Source: Candidatus Bathyarchaeia archaeon (lineage in GTDB: Archaea > Thermoproteota > Bathyarchaeia > Bathyarchaeales > Bathycorpusculaceae). Taken from it: 64,000 nt of DNA. Where the stretch lies: positions 1 to 64,000 of the forward strand of contig JBEKBM010000018.1 of the NCBI GenBank assembly GCA_050015395.1, written 5' to 3'. The stretch's first letter is position 1, and each line of letters starts with the position of its first letter. The notes beneath the pieces are model-generated. The model worked only from the letters and a program-made list of their open reading frames with translations, was not told where the DNA came from and did no database searches. The position numbers and the translations under genes are program-made. Positions 18,444 through 28,638 of the stretch are shown here, piece after piece.

Positions 18444-19742
18444 ATGCCAATAGAGTTGTTTATTTCAGGGAAAAACTGGAAGCTCTCGTTAGCGGAGCTT
18501 ACTTCTTACTTGAAAGCTAGAGAAATCAAATTTGAAGTGCAATTTTTTTCTAAAGAATTCTTTGCGGTTAGCGTTGAAGAAGGCTTTGGCGCTTCCGTTA
18601 TTGAGGATTTAGGAGGAACAATAAAAATTGGTGAGGCAAAAGCAAAGTTTCCTACTCTAATTGTTAAGGAAGCGTTTCTTGAAAGAAACAAGCAAGCCCA
18701 GTCACAAATAGCTGCATCGTTAGCATCAAGCGGTTTAGTTGATGATATGGATAAGTCAGCTGAGAAGCAGTTTTTTGGAGTAAGCGTGTACTCTGCTGAG
18801 AAAACGCTGCGTCCATTATCATGGGTTATTCAGCGGTTTATCGGAAGCACTGTAAAGGCTGAGTTAGCTGGTTACGGCAAGAAATCTAAGTTTATGGGTT
18901 TTTCTAAAGATAGGAGGTTTGCTCAGCTAAGCCATATTGAAGTTTTAAAGAAGAATTTAGTTGAAAACAAAGCGGAAGTGTTGCTGTGCATTGGCAAAGA
19001 AGAAACGTGGGTTGCCACCACAGTTGCCGTGCATAACCCGTTTGAATTTCAAAAAAGAGACATTTACAAGCCTAATCAACGCAAAATTTTTGCTATGCCT
19101 CCAAGGTTAGCTAGGATAATGGTTAACTTATCCGCTTGTACGCCTGGAAAGGTTTTGCTTGACCCATTCTGTGGTGTTGGCACAATTCTTCAGGAAGCAC
19201 TCCTTGCGAGGGCAAAGGTTGTTGGCGTAGATGTTAATCCTTGGTGTGTTAAAGCAGCAAATGAAAACCTTGAATGGATCAAAAGAGAGTATAGCCTTGA
19301 GGATACGGAGTTTAGGGTTGTGCAAGGAAACGTTGGCAGGTTGGCAGAGAAAATTGGACAAGAAACAGTAGATTGCATCGTGACGGAGCCTGATTTGGGT
19401 CCAGCTTTGCGGCAAGTGCCAACTGGACCATACGCATTAAAGATTATCCAGAAGCTTGAGCCCTTGTATTTTACTTTTGTTGAAGAAGCGCATAGAGTGC
19501 TGCAGAATGGTGGACGATTGGTTCTTGTGACACCTTACATCATAACGCGTTCTGGACAATCGGTAACTATGCCTATTGGTGAGAAACTTGAGAATTTAGG
19601 CTTTAGGAGAATTCAGCCTTTCTCAAAAGATATGTTTTCTGAAGATGCGATAGGTCTTGAAGAGTTGATTGATGCCCCCTCTTTGGTTGAGGTTGATGAG
19701 CGGCACAAGATTTGCAGAGAAATTCACATTTACCAAAAATAA
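18444..19742 (+). CDS. Trm11/TrmG10-like tRNA (guanine-N2) methyltransferase
   Basis: PPRLARIMVNL, DPFCGVGT, GVDVN and TEPxLG, with a long N-terminal RNA-binding-like region. Confidence 0.75.
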   Translation: MPIELFISGKNWKLSLAELTSYLKAREIKFEVQFFSKEFFAVSVEEGFGASVIEDLGGTIKIGEAKAKFPTLIVKEAFLERNKQAQSQIAASLASSGLVDDMDKSAEKQFFGVSVYSAEKTLRPLSWVIQRFIGSTVKAELAGYGKKSKFMGFSKDRRFAQLSHIEVLKKNLVENKAEVLLCIGKEETWVATTVAVHNPFEFQKRDIYKPNQRKIFAMPPRLARIMVNLSACTPGKVLLDPFCGVGTILQEALLARAKVVGVDVNPWCVKAANENLEWIKREYSLEDTEFRVVQGNVGRLAEKIGQETVDCIVTEPDLGPALRQVPTGPYALKIIQKLEPLYFTFVEEAHRVLQNGGRLVLVTPYIITRSGQSVTMPIGEKLENLGFRRIQPFSKDMFSEDAIGLEELIDAPSLVEVDERHKICREIHIYQK

Positions 19743-19810
19743 GCCGTTTGTTTTCAGATATGATTTATTAATTTGTTTTAACGAACTAAACTGGTTGAGG
19801 CAGGAGATCG

Positions 19811-20296
19811 TTGGATAATAATTCAAGGCCTGATTGGGATAGATACTTCTTAGACCTATGTGAAGCTGTGGCTAGACGTGCTACCTGCGACCGTGGGAGA
19901 AACGGTTGTGTAATTGTTAAAGACAAAAGGATTATGACCACTGGGTATGTTGGTGCTCCTGCTGGTTTGCCACACTGCGACGAGGTTGGGCATGACTTCC
20001 GCAAAGTGTTTGACAACAACGGCAACGTAACCCAGCATTGCGTACGGACTCTTCATGCTGAACAAAACGCCATCATTCAAGCAGCCAGGTTCGGCATATC
20101 ACTTGAGGGAGCAACACTTTTCTGCAAAATGACCCCGTGCCGAACTTGTGCCATGATGATAATTAACGCCGGCATAAAACGAGTAGTTTGCGAAAAGCGT
20201 TATCATGCTGACGCTGACACTATAGAGTTGTTCAAGCAATCAGGTGTTGAATTAGCCATAATGAGTGATGAAGTCGAAAAATACGACAGACAATGA
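19811..20296 (+). CDS. dCMP deaminase family protein
   Basis: RPDWDRYF, RATC, HAEQNAI, PCRTC. Confidence 0.92.
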   Translation: MDNNSRPDWDRYFLDLCEAVARRATCDRGRNGCVIVKDKRIMTTGYVGAPAGLPHCDEVGHDFRKVFDNNGNVTQHCVRTLHAEQNAIIQAARFGISLEGATLFCKMTPCRTCAMMIINAGIKRVVCEKRYHADADTIELFKQSGVELAIMSDEVEKYDRQ

Positions 20297-20383
20297 ACGA
20301 CGACAATTTAGATTAGTTTTTTTAGTAGGAAAATGAGAGGGGGTAGGCTCTCTGTCTGTCTGGGCGCTTAATTGAGGGTTTTT

Positions 20384-20713
20384 TTATCTTGTTTTTGAAA
20401 CAACTATCCATTTAACGTTATCAAACCCATACTTTGCTATTAAAGGATCAAGGAAGTCTGGGGCTAAGTCATCATCTATTTCTGAGAGAACCACGGTGTC
20501 GCCTATCCTGTAAACGTCGCCTATTTCTGTGAGGTCTTTTAGGGGAGCGTATTTGCCTTTGATTACCCAGTAGCCAGGCTCATCTCGCCCAACTTCCATA
20601 ATCCAAGAATACTGATCCTCAAGATGCTTGCCTTGTGTAAAGTTGAAACTGCAAACAATATCTCCAACAGCTTTTGGATCGTCTTTTGTTTTAACGTAAA
20701 ACCAAATCGTCAT
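20384..20713 (-). CDS. Hypothetical protein
   Basis: Open frame with protein-like composition. ATG at 20713 is preferred over 20737. No recognisable motif. Confidence 0.65.
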   Translation of the reverse strand: MTIWFYVKTKDDPKAVGDIVCSFNFTQGKHLEDQYSWIMEVGRDEPGYWVIKGKYAPLKDLTEIGDVYRIGDTVVLSEIDDDLAPDFLDPLIAKYGFDNVKWIVVSKTR

Positions 20714-20793
20714 TTTGCAATCACCGACAATAATCAATGCACTATACCTTTATTTGCTTTTCAACACAACCAACCAGCGCTTGCTCACCCAAG

Positions 20794-21408
20794 TTATGTT
20801 TTGGCTTCTATAAGTGTTAAAGTCTCAAAGAAAGGCAGTTTGCGTTGGGCTTTAATGCTTGCTTTAAGATTGTGCTCTGCAAATTTGCTAATCGTTTCTT
20901 CAACATTTGTAAGCGTAGACTGCATTAAGAGAATCCGACCGTTGGGTTTCAAGTGTAGTGGAGCTTCGGAGATGAAGCGGTCGATAACTTGCCGTCCATT
21001 AATGCCTCCTGTCCATGAGCGCCCAATCCAAGATTCCGCTTCACACTCAGCAGCAGGGAGATACGGTGCATTAAAGAGGATTAAATCAAATCTTGCGCTT
21101 TCGTTTAAAGCGGTTAATAAGTCAGTTTGAATGAAAGCCAGTTTACAACGAAGATTATTAAGCGCCGCATTCTCCCTTGCGCAGCAAACAGCATAGGGAT
21201 TTAAGTCAATCGCAACCACGTTGCCAGCTTTTTCTGCTGCCAATACGCCAAGCATACCACAGCCAGTACCAACATCCAATACCTGTGAGCCTTTTTCTAC
21301 GTCGAGGTTTTCAGCGAAAAGAAGGGAGTCCTCTGCAGGCTCGTAAACATTCTCCCAAACATTAAAAACGTAATTGCCAAAATGTACTCTCTTAACTGGA
21401 AATGGCAT
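20794..21408 (-). CDS. HemK2/PrmC-family protein glutamine methyltransferase
   Basis: VYEPAEDS, DVGTGCG, FNAPYLP, WTGGINGR. Confidence 0.92.
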   Translation of the reverse strand: MPFPVKRVHFGNYVFNVWENVYEPAEDSLLFAENLDVEKGSQVLDVGTGCGMLGVLAAEKAGNVVAIDLNPYAVCCARENAALNNLRCKLAFIQTDLLTALNESARFDLILFNAPYLPAAECEAESWIGRSWTGGINGRQVIDRFISEAPLHLKPNGRILLMQSTLTNVEETISKFAEHNLKASIKAQRKLPFFETLTLIEAKT

Positions 21409-22210
21409 TTGCTAATACTCCGAAGTCATTAGGGGATAGCTCTCTTGCGCGCCTATCGTGAAATGGCAGGGTAAGAGCTAGTTTTTCTGCGTCTTGTTTG
21501 CTTAACTTCAAGGTACTCTTAATGAATGGCGCAAGCGCTTTGCCTAACTTCTTGTTACGCTGAGTAAAAAGCCACTTAACCATTTGCTTGAAAAACATTT
21601 CATCCTTCACTTCAAACGAACTTTTAAGCCAAGGCTTTATCCGAACGATTACCGAATCTACTTCCGGTTGAGGATAAAACATCTCTTTAGGAACCGCATC
21701 CAAAAGCTCAACCTCTACATGCAGATAAGTCAATACTGTTAACCAACCATAATCCTCACTGCCTACCGCCGCTATAAGTCGACTGGCAAATTCTTTCTGT
21801 AAAATCATCACTGCACAATCGATTCTGCCTTCTACAAGCCACGTAATGAGATGAGAAGACAAATAGTAAGGGGGAATCGCTATGACCTTGTTAAACTCAG
21901 GCAAAGCTGCCTTCAACACATCGCCCTCTATTACAATCACATTGCCAGTGCCTTTGACTTGTTCACGAAGCGCTTTTGCAACCTGCGGGTCCTTCTCAAC
22001 CGCAATTACAGCCTTACACTTATCAGCCAAGAAACGACTCAGAAAACCGAAGCCTGCGCCAGCATCCAACACCACGTCTGAAGAGTCAATTGTGGCATAA
22101 GTGCACAGTTTGCCGTAAAGTGAAGGTTCAACCATGAAATTCTGCCCCGAAAGCTTATTCGGGGTAATTCGATAAGCTCGAAGCAGCTGCTTCGTTTCCT
22201 CAAGGCTCAT
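21392..22210 (-). CDS. rsmA: 16S rRNA dimethyladenosine transferase KsgA/RsmA
   Basis: GQNF, GAGFG, PPY, QKEFAxRL, FYPQPEVDS, FTQRNKK. Confidence 0.95.
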   Translation of the reverse strand: MSLEETKQLLRAYRITPNKLSGQNFMVEPSLYGKLCTYATIDSSDVVLDAGAGFGFLSRFLADKCKAVIAVEKDPQVAKALREQVKGTGNVIVIEGDVLKAALPEFNKVIAIPPYYLSSHLITWLVEGRIDCAVMILQKEFASRLIAAVGSEDYGWLTVLTYLHVEVELLDAVPKEMFYPQPEVDSVIVRIKPWLKSSFEVKDEMFFKQMVKWLFTQRNKKLGKALAPFIKSTLKLSKQDAEKLALTLPFHDRRARELSPNDFGVLANAISS

Positions 22211-22221
22211 CGCTTTATGCC

Positions 22222-22797
22222 TTACTGCGCCCTTGTGAACAATCGGTACTTGCTGTCGCCATCAAGTTCTTCCATAACTCGCTTAGTAATCAACTTTACA
22301 GGATTAGGCAACTCTGTTCGCTTCTGCAAATCCTCAAAACTCTCAAACGGCTTTCGAGCACGCTCATTGATAACCTGCCACATATACTTCTTGCCGATAC
22401 CTGGAACAAGCTCTAAAGCATGCATACGAGGGGTAATTGCTCGTGCGGTGTTGAAAAAGTTCACAAACCATTTTTCACGATTCTTCACTATAAGATTTAT
22501 CACACTCGGAAGCTCCGCTTTAGCGGATGCAGTTAACTCACCAAAACCAATGCGGCCAATAATGTACGTAACCTCTTCACGAGAATCCTTTCCCACGTAC
22601 ACGCGGTCGCTGGGCTTAAGCATTAAACCCTCTTTCACCAAAGCCTCCAACAGCGTAAAAAACTCTTCGCCCACGCACTGAATTAAAGCTCCCGCTCGGT
22701 AACCTGCCCGCCCACTCGGACGGAACCCTGGCTTGCCATGTGGCAGGAAATCTAACACGTAAGCGTACTCTTCATACCGCTTTTCCATAACAGTCAC
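22222..22797 (-). CDS. DUF655 RNA-binding protein
   Basis: EEYAYVLDFL, FTLLE, HALELVPGIGKK. It occupies the usual rpoF-DUF655-ksgA position. Confidence 0.93.
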   Translation of the reverse strand: MTVMEKRYEEYAYVLDFLPHGKPGFRPSGRAGYRAGALIQCVGEEFFTLLEALVKEGLMLKPSDRVYVGKDSREEVTYIIGRIGFGELTASAKAELPSVINLIVKNREKWFVNFFNTARAITPRMHALELVPGIGKKYMWQVINERARKPFESFEDLQKRTELPNPVKLITKRVMEELDGDSKYRLFTRAQ

Positions 22798-22850
22798 TAA
22801 GCCCTCTAGTCTATTGCGCTTACTGCTTAAAAATACTTAGCCGCTTTCCG

Positions 22851-23189
22851 CTACTTCAAAGTTCTATTCTCATTCAAAAGCGAAACTATAGCGTGTAATT
22901 TTGCAGTCTCGATAATCTTGCGACCGCCAGCTAAGAAAACCCTCAGCTCATCAACAGTTTCAGGCATACAATTTATAATTTGAACCGCTTCAGCTTCGTC
23001 AATTTCGTATTCTTTAACAAGAGTTTGCAAGAGCTCTTCCGCCTTCTCAGGATCAACTTTGGAGAACTTATTCACATAATCTAGTGTTCGACGCTGGAAT
23101 TGGTCTAGATTTTCCTCGCCAATCCCTTGTAAAATCTTTTTAACCTGCGGTAATGTCAAGCGACTTTCGCTTATTTCCCTCTTGCTCAT
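22851..23189 (-). CDS. rpoF: RNA polymerase subunit F (Rpo4)
   Basis: FQRRTLDYVNKFSK and AVQIINCMP..DELR. It follows rpl21e. Confidence 0.93.
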   Translation of the reverse strand: MSKREISESRLTLPQVKKILQGIGEENLDQFQRRTLDYVNKFSKVDPEKAEELLQTLVKEYEIDEAEAVQIINCMPETVDELRVFLAGGRKIIETAKLHAIVSLLNENRTLK

Positions 23190-23491
23190 TTTTCTCCACT
23201 GCCCATGTATGACTCTATATGTTCTGAGCGAGTAATGATTTGTTTAATTGAATTACCTTGAGGCACGGAAATTACGTACCCTCGACCTTGCTTTTTAATT
23301 ATGGTGCCTATCTTACCGTGGAACCGTTTATGTGGCATACTTTTCTGTACGCTAGAATCCATCCTTATTATCACTTGAGAACCAGGCTGATACTCTTGAA
23401 GTATTTTGCCAATGTGTAGCTTACCTTTTTCTCGAGTTGGCTTTCTCAGTAGACTGCGAGTTCCCGTGTAATATCCTTTTGAACCTTTCAT
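23186..23491 (-). CDS. rpl21e: 50S ribosomal protein L21e
   Basis: TRSLLRK, MPHKRFHGKIG, RSEHI. Confidence 0.96.
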   Translation of the reverse strand: MKGSKGYYTGTRSLLRKPTREKGKLHIGKILQEYQPGSQVIIRMDSSVQKSMPHKRFHGKIGTIIKKQGRGYVISVPQGNSIKQIITRSEHIESYMGSGEK

Positions 23492-23509
23492 CCAATTTTC
23501 ACCTTTTAC

Positions 23510-24844
23510 TTAATCATCCATTATAACTTTTAAAACGTCAAGCTTAAGCGTCTTCGCTCTGTTTCCAAGCAGATCCGAAACGTTCGGTATTGTTCTACCT
23601 TCATCTCCAGACACCAATTCTTTAACATAGAGGCCGCCTTGGCAACGAATTTCCATAAGAGCCCTCTTAAGCGACACCTTCTTAACTTTAACCTTATATA
23701 TGTACCTTTCTCGGATCAAATCCGCCCTTCTATGCAAAACACGAATTGGCGTCTGCTGCTTTATTGAAGCTCCACTTAGCGTTTCTTCCAACTTGCGCAA
23801 ATCCTCATCGGAAACTTCGTTCTCAAATTCAGCTAGTAACCGATACTCTTTCTGTGCACCTTCACCTTTCTTGAGCCGCCTTACGACATCCTTAGTGGTA
23901 AAACGCAACCGCGAAACCTTAACCTTACCGACAGCTTCAGCGTTGATTTTGGCTTCAATTTCCTTTAAATCAACAAACCGCTTTTTTGGCTTAGAAACCT
24001 CAATAACAAAAGGTCGACCGGTACCAAGCATCCGTGCATCAATATCTTCGCGGCCTGAAGCGTGAAATGCTGTTTTTTCTCCCTCAGTTGCTTCCAACAG
24101 GGGTTTTGAAGATAGTTCCTCGACCGATTCAGGATACATTTTGCCGGTTCCACCACATTTCTCGCAGCCTCTTCCACGGCAGCTTGAACAGAACCATTTT
24201 GACTGCGGAATGGTGCGCACGAGCTTACGGTATCTGCCGGCGACAAAAAGGGGGTTAACTTGAACTCGTAGCTTATCAAGGAAAGGGTTGATCACTACGA
24301 CCAAGTCTGGCACTAAGTATTCCACTTCTTTACCAGTCCGTATAGCAAAGGCTTTGCCGAATAATCGTCCAAATTCATGTTTAATACTTTCGCTGTAGCC
24401 CAGGTTGAAGGCAGCCTTAAATTCGTCCTCACGCTCCTCAACTTTAACTGGTAATTCAATTCCTACAAGGAACGTTGTAAACTCATAACCCTCAATAGCG
24501 CCTAAGGACTTCTCGGTTAAGCTGCTAAGAAGCTCAAACTTGCCTTCACAAAGAAAACACTTGGCGTCCAAGCCTTTTTTAGGAACACGTTTCTTTAGGT
24601 GTTTTAGGGTTTCTTGTGCTTCTCTTGAAAAACCATTGGTGGCCAAAATTTTAAGTTGTTTAACGCCATCAAGGTTTTTTTCTTTAGCAAGGTCGTTAGC
24701 TTGCAAGGTTAAGCTGATTTTTAACGCTGAGCCTCGAACGTTATTTTCCATGCTGTAACCAAGCGAAGCAAATTGTCTACCAAGGCAGTGGTCGCAGAGG
24801 GGATATTTGCTGAGAAGTTCAAACGCTTTTTCGAGTACATCCAT
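23510..24844 (-). CDS. pus10: tRNA pseudouridine(54/55) synthase Pus10
   Basis: LCDHCLGR, GRYRKL, GREDIDARMLG, QGGLYVKEL. Confidence 0.96.
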   Translation of the reverse strand: MDVLEKAFELLSKYPLCDHCLGRQFASLGYSMENNVRGSALKISLTLQANDLAKEKNLDGVKQLKILATNGFSREAQETLKHLKKRVPKKGLDAKCFLCEGKFELLSSLTEKSLGAIEGYEFTTFLVGIELPVKVEEREDEFKAAFNLGYSESIKHEFGRLFGKAFAIRTGKEVEYLVPDLVVVINPFLDKLRVQVNPLFVAGRYRKLVRTIPQSKWFCSSCRGRGCEKCGGTGKMYPESVEELSSKPLLEATEGEKTAFHASGREDIDARMLGTGRPFVIEVSKPKKRFVDLKEIEAKINAEAVGKVKVSRLRFTTKDVVRRLKKGEGAQKEYRLLAEFENEVSDEDLRKLEETLSGASIKQQTPIRVLHRRADLIRERYIYKVKVKKVSLKRALMEIRCQGGLYVKELVSGDEGRTIPNVSDLLGNRAKTLKLDVLKVIMDD

Positions 24845-24854
24845 TTCATGAAGC

Positions 24855-26198
24855 CTACCTGCCGAAAGTTGCTGACATTCCTTGTCCGCCGAGTCCGAAG
24901 GGCAGTTTCTTTTTACGCTTAAACGTCTTTAGCATTTTACGCATCATTACATACTGCTTGAGGAGTTCTTTAACGTCTTTTTCAGTTGTTCCTGAACCGC
25001 GTGCCACACGCTTTGCCCGTGAAGAGTTCAGTACTTTGGGGTTTTCCCTTTCTTTAGGTGTCATGGATTGAATTATTACTCGCCATTTATCCAAGCGGCC
25101 TTCAGCTGTATTGAGCATATCTTGTGGAATATCATAGGACATTCCAGGTAACATCTTTATCACTTTACTGAAGGGACCCATGTTTTTGACGGCTTGGAAC
25201 TGCTCGTACATGTCTGTTAGGGTGAATTTGCCGCTGAGTATTTCCTTGGCTTTCTTTGGTGGAACTTTAATTTCGGCATCATGCACTTTTTCCAAAAGGG
25301 TTTCTAAATCGCCCATGCCGAGGAGTCGACCGACAAAGCGTGAGGGAATAAACGGCTCGATATCTTCGATTTTTTCGCCTGTGCCAATAAACTTTATGGG
25401 AGCGCCCGTTGCTGCAACTGCTGAAAGCGCGCCTCCTCCACGCGAGGAACCATCGAGTTTTGTTACGATAATTGCGCCTATAGGTGTCGCTTCATGGAAC
25501 GTTTTCGCTTGAATAAGAGCTTGCTGACCGATGGTGCCGTCAATAACCATTATGACTTCGTCAGGTTTGACGTGTTTTTCAAGGTCTTTCATTTCTTTGA
25601 TTAAGTTTTTCTCTTCCTTATGCCTGCCCGCCGTATCCACGATTATTAGGTCCTTGTCGTTGAACTGTTTTAAGCCTTCCTTGACAACTTTAACTGGGTC
25701 TTTAGCCTTTAAGTCGCCATAAATAGGAATGTTTATCCTAGTTGCTAGTTGCTGAAGCTGAGCAAACGCGCCGGGACGATAAGTGTCAGCGCAAATCAAC
25801 GCTGGCTTTAAACCTCTTTTCTGATAGTACCGCGCTAGCTTTGCTGCCTGAGTGGTTTTTCCTGAGCCTTGGATTCCAACCAACATTATGATCTTCTTTT
25901 TCCCAGGCTCCATCTTGATTGGAACAGGTTTCTCGCCGACAAATCGGGTTAATTCTTCGTAAACGACTTTTATCACGTGCTCGCGTCTTGAGATGCCTGG
26001 GGGCACTTTTTCTTTTAATGCTCGCTCTTCTATGCGCTTGGATATTTCGAGGACAAGTTGGACATTAACATCTGCTTGGAGTAACGCTCTTTGTATGTCG
26101 CGGACGAGTTCTTTCACTGTGGCTTCGTCCACTACGGAAGCTTTGAAAACCTTTTTCAAGGCGTCGTAAAGCGAAGAACCTAACTTGTCTAGTGCCAT
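24855..26198 (-). CDS. srp54: Signal recognition particle protein SRP54
   Basis: GIQGSGKTT, DTAGRH, TKLDG and an M-domain. Confidence 0.98.
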   Translation of the reverse strand: MALDKLGSSLYDALKKVFKASVVDEATVKELVRDIQRALLQADVNVQLVLEISKRIEERALKEKVPPGISRREHVIKVVYEELTRFVGEKPVPIKMEPGKKKIIMLVGIQGSGKTTQAAKLARYYQKRGLKPALICADTYRPGAFAQLQQLATRINIPIYGDLKAKDPVKVVKEGLKQFNDKDLIIVDTAGRHKEEKNLIKEMKDLEKHVKPDEVIMVIDGTIGQQALIQAKTFHEATPIGAIIVTKLDGSSRGGGALSAVAATGAPIKFIGTGEKIEDIEPFIPSRFVGRLLGMGDLETLLEKVHDAEIKVPPKKAKEILSGKFTLTDMYEQFQAVKNMGPFSKVIKMLPGMSYDIPQDMLNTAEGRLDKWRVIIQSMTPKERENPKVLNSSRAKRVARGSGTTEKDVKELLKQYVMMRKMLKTFKRKKKLPFGLGGQGMSATFGR

Positions 26199-26482
26199 TA
26201 GAGTCTCCAGCCTTAAACATTCTGTAATTCTTTTAAATAAAGATTACAGCTGAAAAACAAGATAATAAGCCTAATTTTTTCGATTATCCTTAAGGTACGC
26301 CTTTTTTGCTTAGAGAAAAGTGCGCTAAGTCTATGAAGCCTCAGTTCCCCATTATAGCTATCTTCACAATTCAGACGGCTCTTCATGCATCATTGGCTTC
26401 ACCATCAAAATGTTCCAAGCTAGAACATAAACGTTAATGGAAAGTCTTTTAACGATACAGGAACAATTAACATTACAAACTG

Positions 26483-26698
26483 GTGGATAAGCTGGGAGCA
26501 GAACGCGCAATACACGCAAGTATTTTTGTTTTGTTACTTGTAGGTTTAACGGTTTTGAGTGCATGGGCAAGCTATACGTACCTGTATCCACGCTATAACC
26601 TTATACCAGTAATTGCAAGCGTTCCATTAAGCTGGGGAATAATTCTCTTAATAATGTATCTTAGTTTCAAAAAGATTGGTTGGAATTGGTGGAGCTGA
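26483..26698 (+). CDS. Small two-TM membrane protein, hypothetical
   Basis: 71 aa with two hydrophobic helices. It fills the gap between eif5a and srp54. Confidence 0.5.
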   Translation: MDKLGAERAIHASIFVLLLVGLTVLSAWASYTYLYPRYNLIPVIASVPLSWGIILLIMYLSFKKIGWNWWS

Positions 26699-26761
26699 AA
26701 AATAAAGAACAGGTAAACTCTCGTATGTGAGAAGGGAAAATATTAGTTGCTTGCTAGTTGA

Positions 26762-27154
26762 TTATTTTACTCTGACGATTTTTACTCTTCCAAGTATTTT
26801 CCAGTATTCAATTTCTGCGCCGGCGGCAAGCTTGGCTTTGAGGTCTTCCTCTTCAGGAAATGGAGCATCTAAGTACTCGTAGGTTTCCAGATCCATTATT
26901 TGAACTCCTGTGGGGTTGATGGCGAAAACTTGTCCGGGTCTCTTATCAATTAGCGGAATTTCAGCGCCTAAATCAACGGGTTTAACGAACTGTCTTTTTT
27001 GACCATCAAATACGCCGATGGCAACTATTCTGAATTTGGCGGAGCCGTGTTTTCCAGGCTTTGACTTTGCAATGTCTACTATTTTGCAGGGTTCGCCTTC
27101 AATCATCATGTAGCCGCCAACGCGTAATTCTCCGACATCAACTGGTCTGCTCAT
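26762..27154 (-). CDS. eif5a: Translation factor aIF-5A
   Basis: SKPGKHGSAK hypusine loop. Confidence 0.98.
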   Translation of the reverse strand: MSRPVDVGELRVGGYMMIEGEPCKIVDIAKSKPGKHGSAKFRIVAIGVFDGQKRQFVKPVDLGAEIPLIDKRPGQVFAINPTGVQIMDLETYEYLDAPFPEEEDLKAKLAAGAEIEYWKILGRVKIVRVK

Positions 27155-27236
27155 ACACTCACCAACAGTATAGTTCTATGAATGCAATTCTGAACAACAC
27201 CCATATATAGATTAAGGTTTACGCTATTACTGAACG

Positions 27237-28085
27237 GTGGAATTATTGTTCAAAAGCGTGGGATTAGTCGCCCGCTACGATAAAAAGCCAGCTTTAAAGC
27301 TTACCGAGGAGCTAGCGGAGTATCTTAAAAATAAAGGACTGAAGGTTTACATAGAAGATACTCTATCAGGAAAAGTCACCACAAAAGAAGAGATGATTTC
27401 CCTATCAAAAATGAAAACTGACTTCATAATAACAATCGGCGGTGACGGAACAATACTGCGAACTTCTATTACGTTGCCTAAGCCTGAACCGCCAATTTTA
27501 GCAATCAACATGGGTGTCAGAGGATTCTTAACAGAAGTCGAACCTAAAAACGCCTGTGAAGCAGTCGAAAAAATGTTGAAAGGCGAGTACAAAATCGAAA
27601 AGTGCGCTAAACTATCTGTAAGAGCGGGCGAAGAAACAATGCCAGACGCTTTAAATGACATTGTTATTTCTGCTGGCGAACCATCAAAAATACTTTACAC
27701 GCAAATATGCAAGGATGGAAAACCAATTCTTAAATGCCAAGCAGACGGACTAATCGTAGCTACCCAAACAGGGTCTACTGGCTATTCCCTTTCAGCAGGA
27801 GGACCAGTTTTAGACCCAGCAATAGATGCTTTCGTTATTACGCCGATCTGTTCGTTGACTGTGTTCCATTCGCTTGTTTTTCCAGCCGATTCCACCATTA
27901 CCTTCAATGTGATTAGGCCAAAGGAAATGCTTGTTTTAATTGATGGAAACTACCGTAAACTTGTAAGCTGTAAAGAGGCAATGTTAAAAGTCACTGTATC
28001 AAAAAACGTAACTTCTTTTATCCGGTTCGAAAGCGACTTTTATGACCGATTGAGAAGTCGGTTACTTTTTAAGGGAACAGAATGA
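27237..28085 (+). CDS. nadK: NAD kinase
   Basis: GGDGTIL, ALND, ADGLIVAT.TGSTGYSLSAGGP. Confidence 0.95.
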   Translation: MELLFKSVGLVARYDKKPALKLTEELAEYLKNKGLKVYIEDTLSGKVTTKEEMISLSKMKTDFIITIGGDGTILRTSITLPKPEPPILAINMGVRGFLTEVEPKNACEAVEKMLKGEYKIEKCAKLSVRAGEETMPDALNDIVISAGEPSKILYTQICKDGKPILKCQADGLIVATQTGSTGYSLSAGGPVLDPAIDAFVITPICSLTVFHSLVFPADSTITFNVIRPKEMLVLIDGNYRKLVSCKEAMLKVTVSKNVTSFIRFESDFYDRLRSRLLFKGTE

Positions 28086-28636
28086 AAACTCAGAAAGACA
28101 AGCCATGCAAACGAGTCATTGTTCTAGACACTTCCGCTTTCTTGGCAGGCTTTGATCCTTTCTCTTTGAGCGAGGAACAAGTAACCGTTCCCAAGGTTGA
28201 GGAAGAAATAAGGAAAAATTCCATCATTTTGGTAAGATTTAAAACAGCATTGGAAAATGGAAAGTTGAAGGTTAAGGCTCCTTCGGAAAAATTTTTGAAT
28301 AAAGTTAAAGCGTCGGCAAGTAAAGTCGGCGACTCGTTCCTATTATCGGAAACTGATATACAGCTTTTAGCTTTGGCCTTAGAATTGAAAGCAATTGGTT
28401 ATACGCCTCAAATTGTTACTGATGACTATTCAATTCAGAATGTTGCGACGCAGTTAGGAATGGAATTTTTAGCACTCGCCACTTTCGGTATCAAGCGCCT
28501 TTTAGAGTGGATAAGATACTGTCCAGCGTGCCACCGGGAATACCCTGCCAACTGCTCATCCAAGGAGTGCCTAGTTTGTGGTACAGAGCTTAAGAGAAAG
28601 CCGAGTAGAACAGTGAAAAGCTTGAAGCCAAGATAG
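28082..28636 (+). CDS. nob1: Nob1-family PIN endonuclease
   Basis: VLDTSAF, LSETD, TDDYSIQNVA, C-terminal CPAC...CLVCG. Confidence 0.93.
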   Translation: MKTQKDKPCKRVIVLDTSAFLAGFDPFSLSEEQVTVPKVEEEIRKNSIILVRFKTALENGKLKVKAPSEKFLNKVKASASKVGDSFLLSETDIQLLALALELKAIGYTPQIVTDDYSIQNVATQLGMEFLALATFGIKRLLEWIRYCPACHREYPANCSSKECLVCGTELKRKPSRTVKSLKPR

Positions 28637-28638
28637 TC

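Noticed and set aside
20335-20365. Third copy of the GGTAGG dispersed motif
   Set aside because: Only gggtaggct matches, and the CACACACAAA part is absent.
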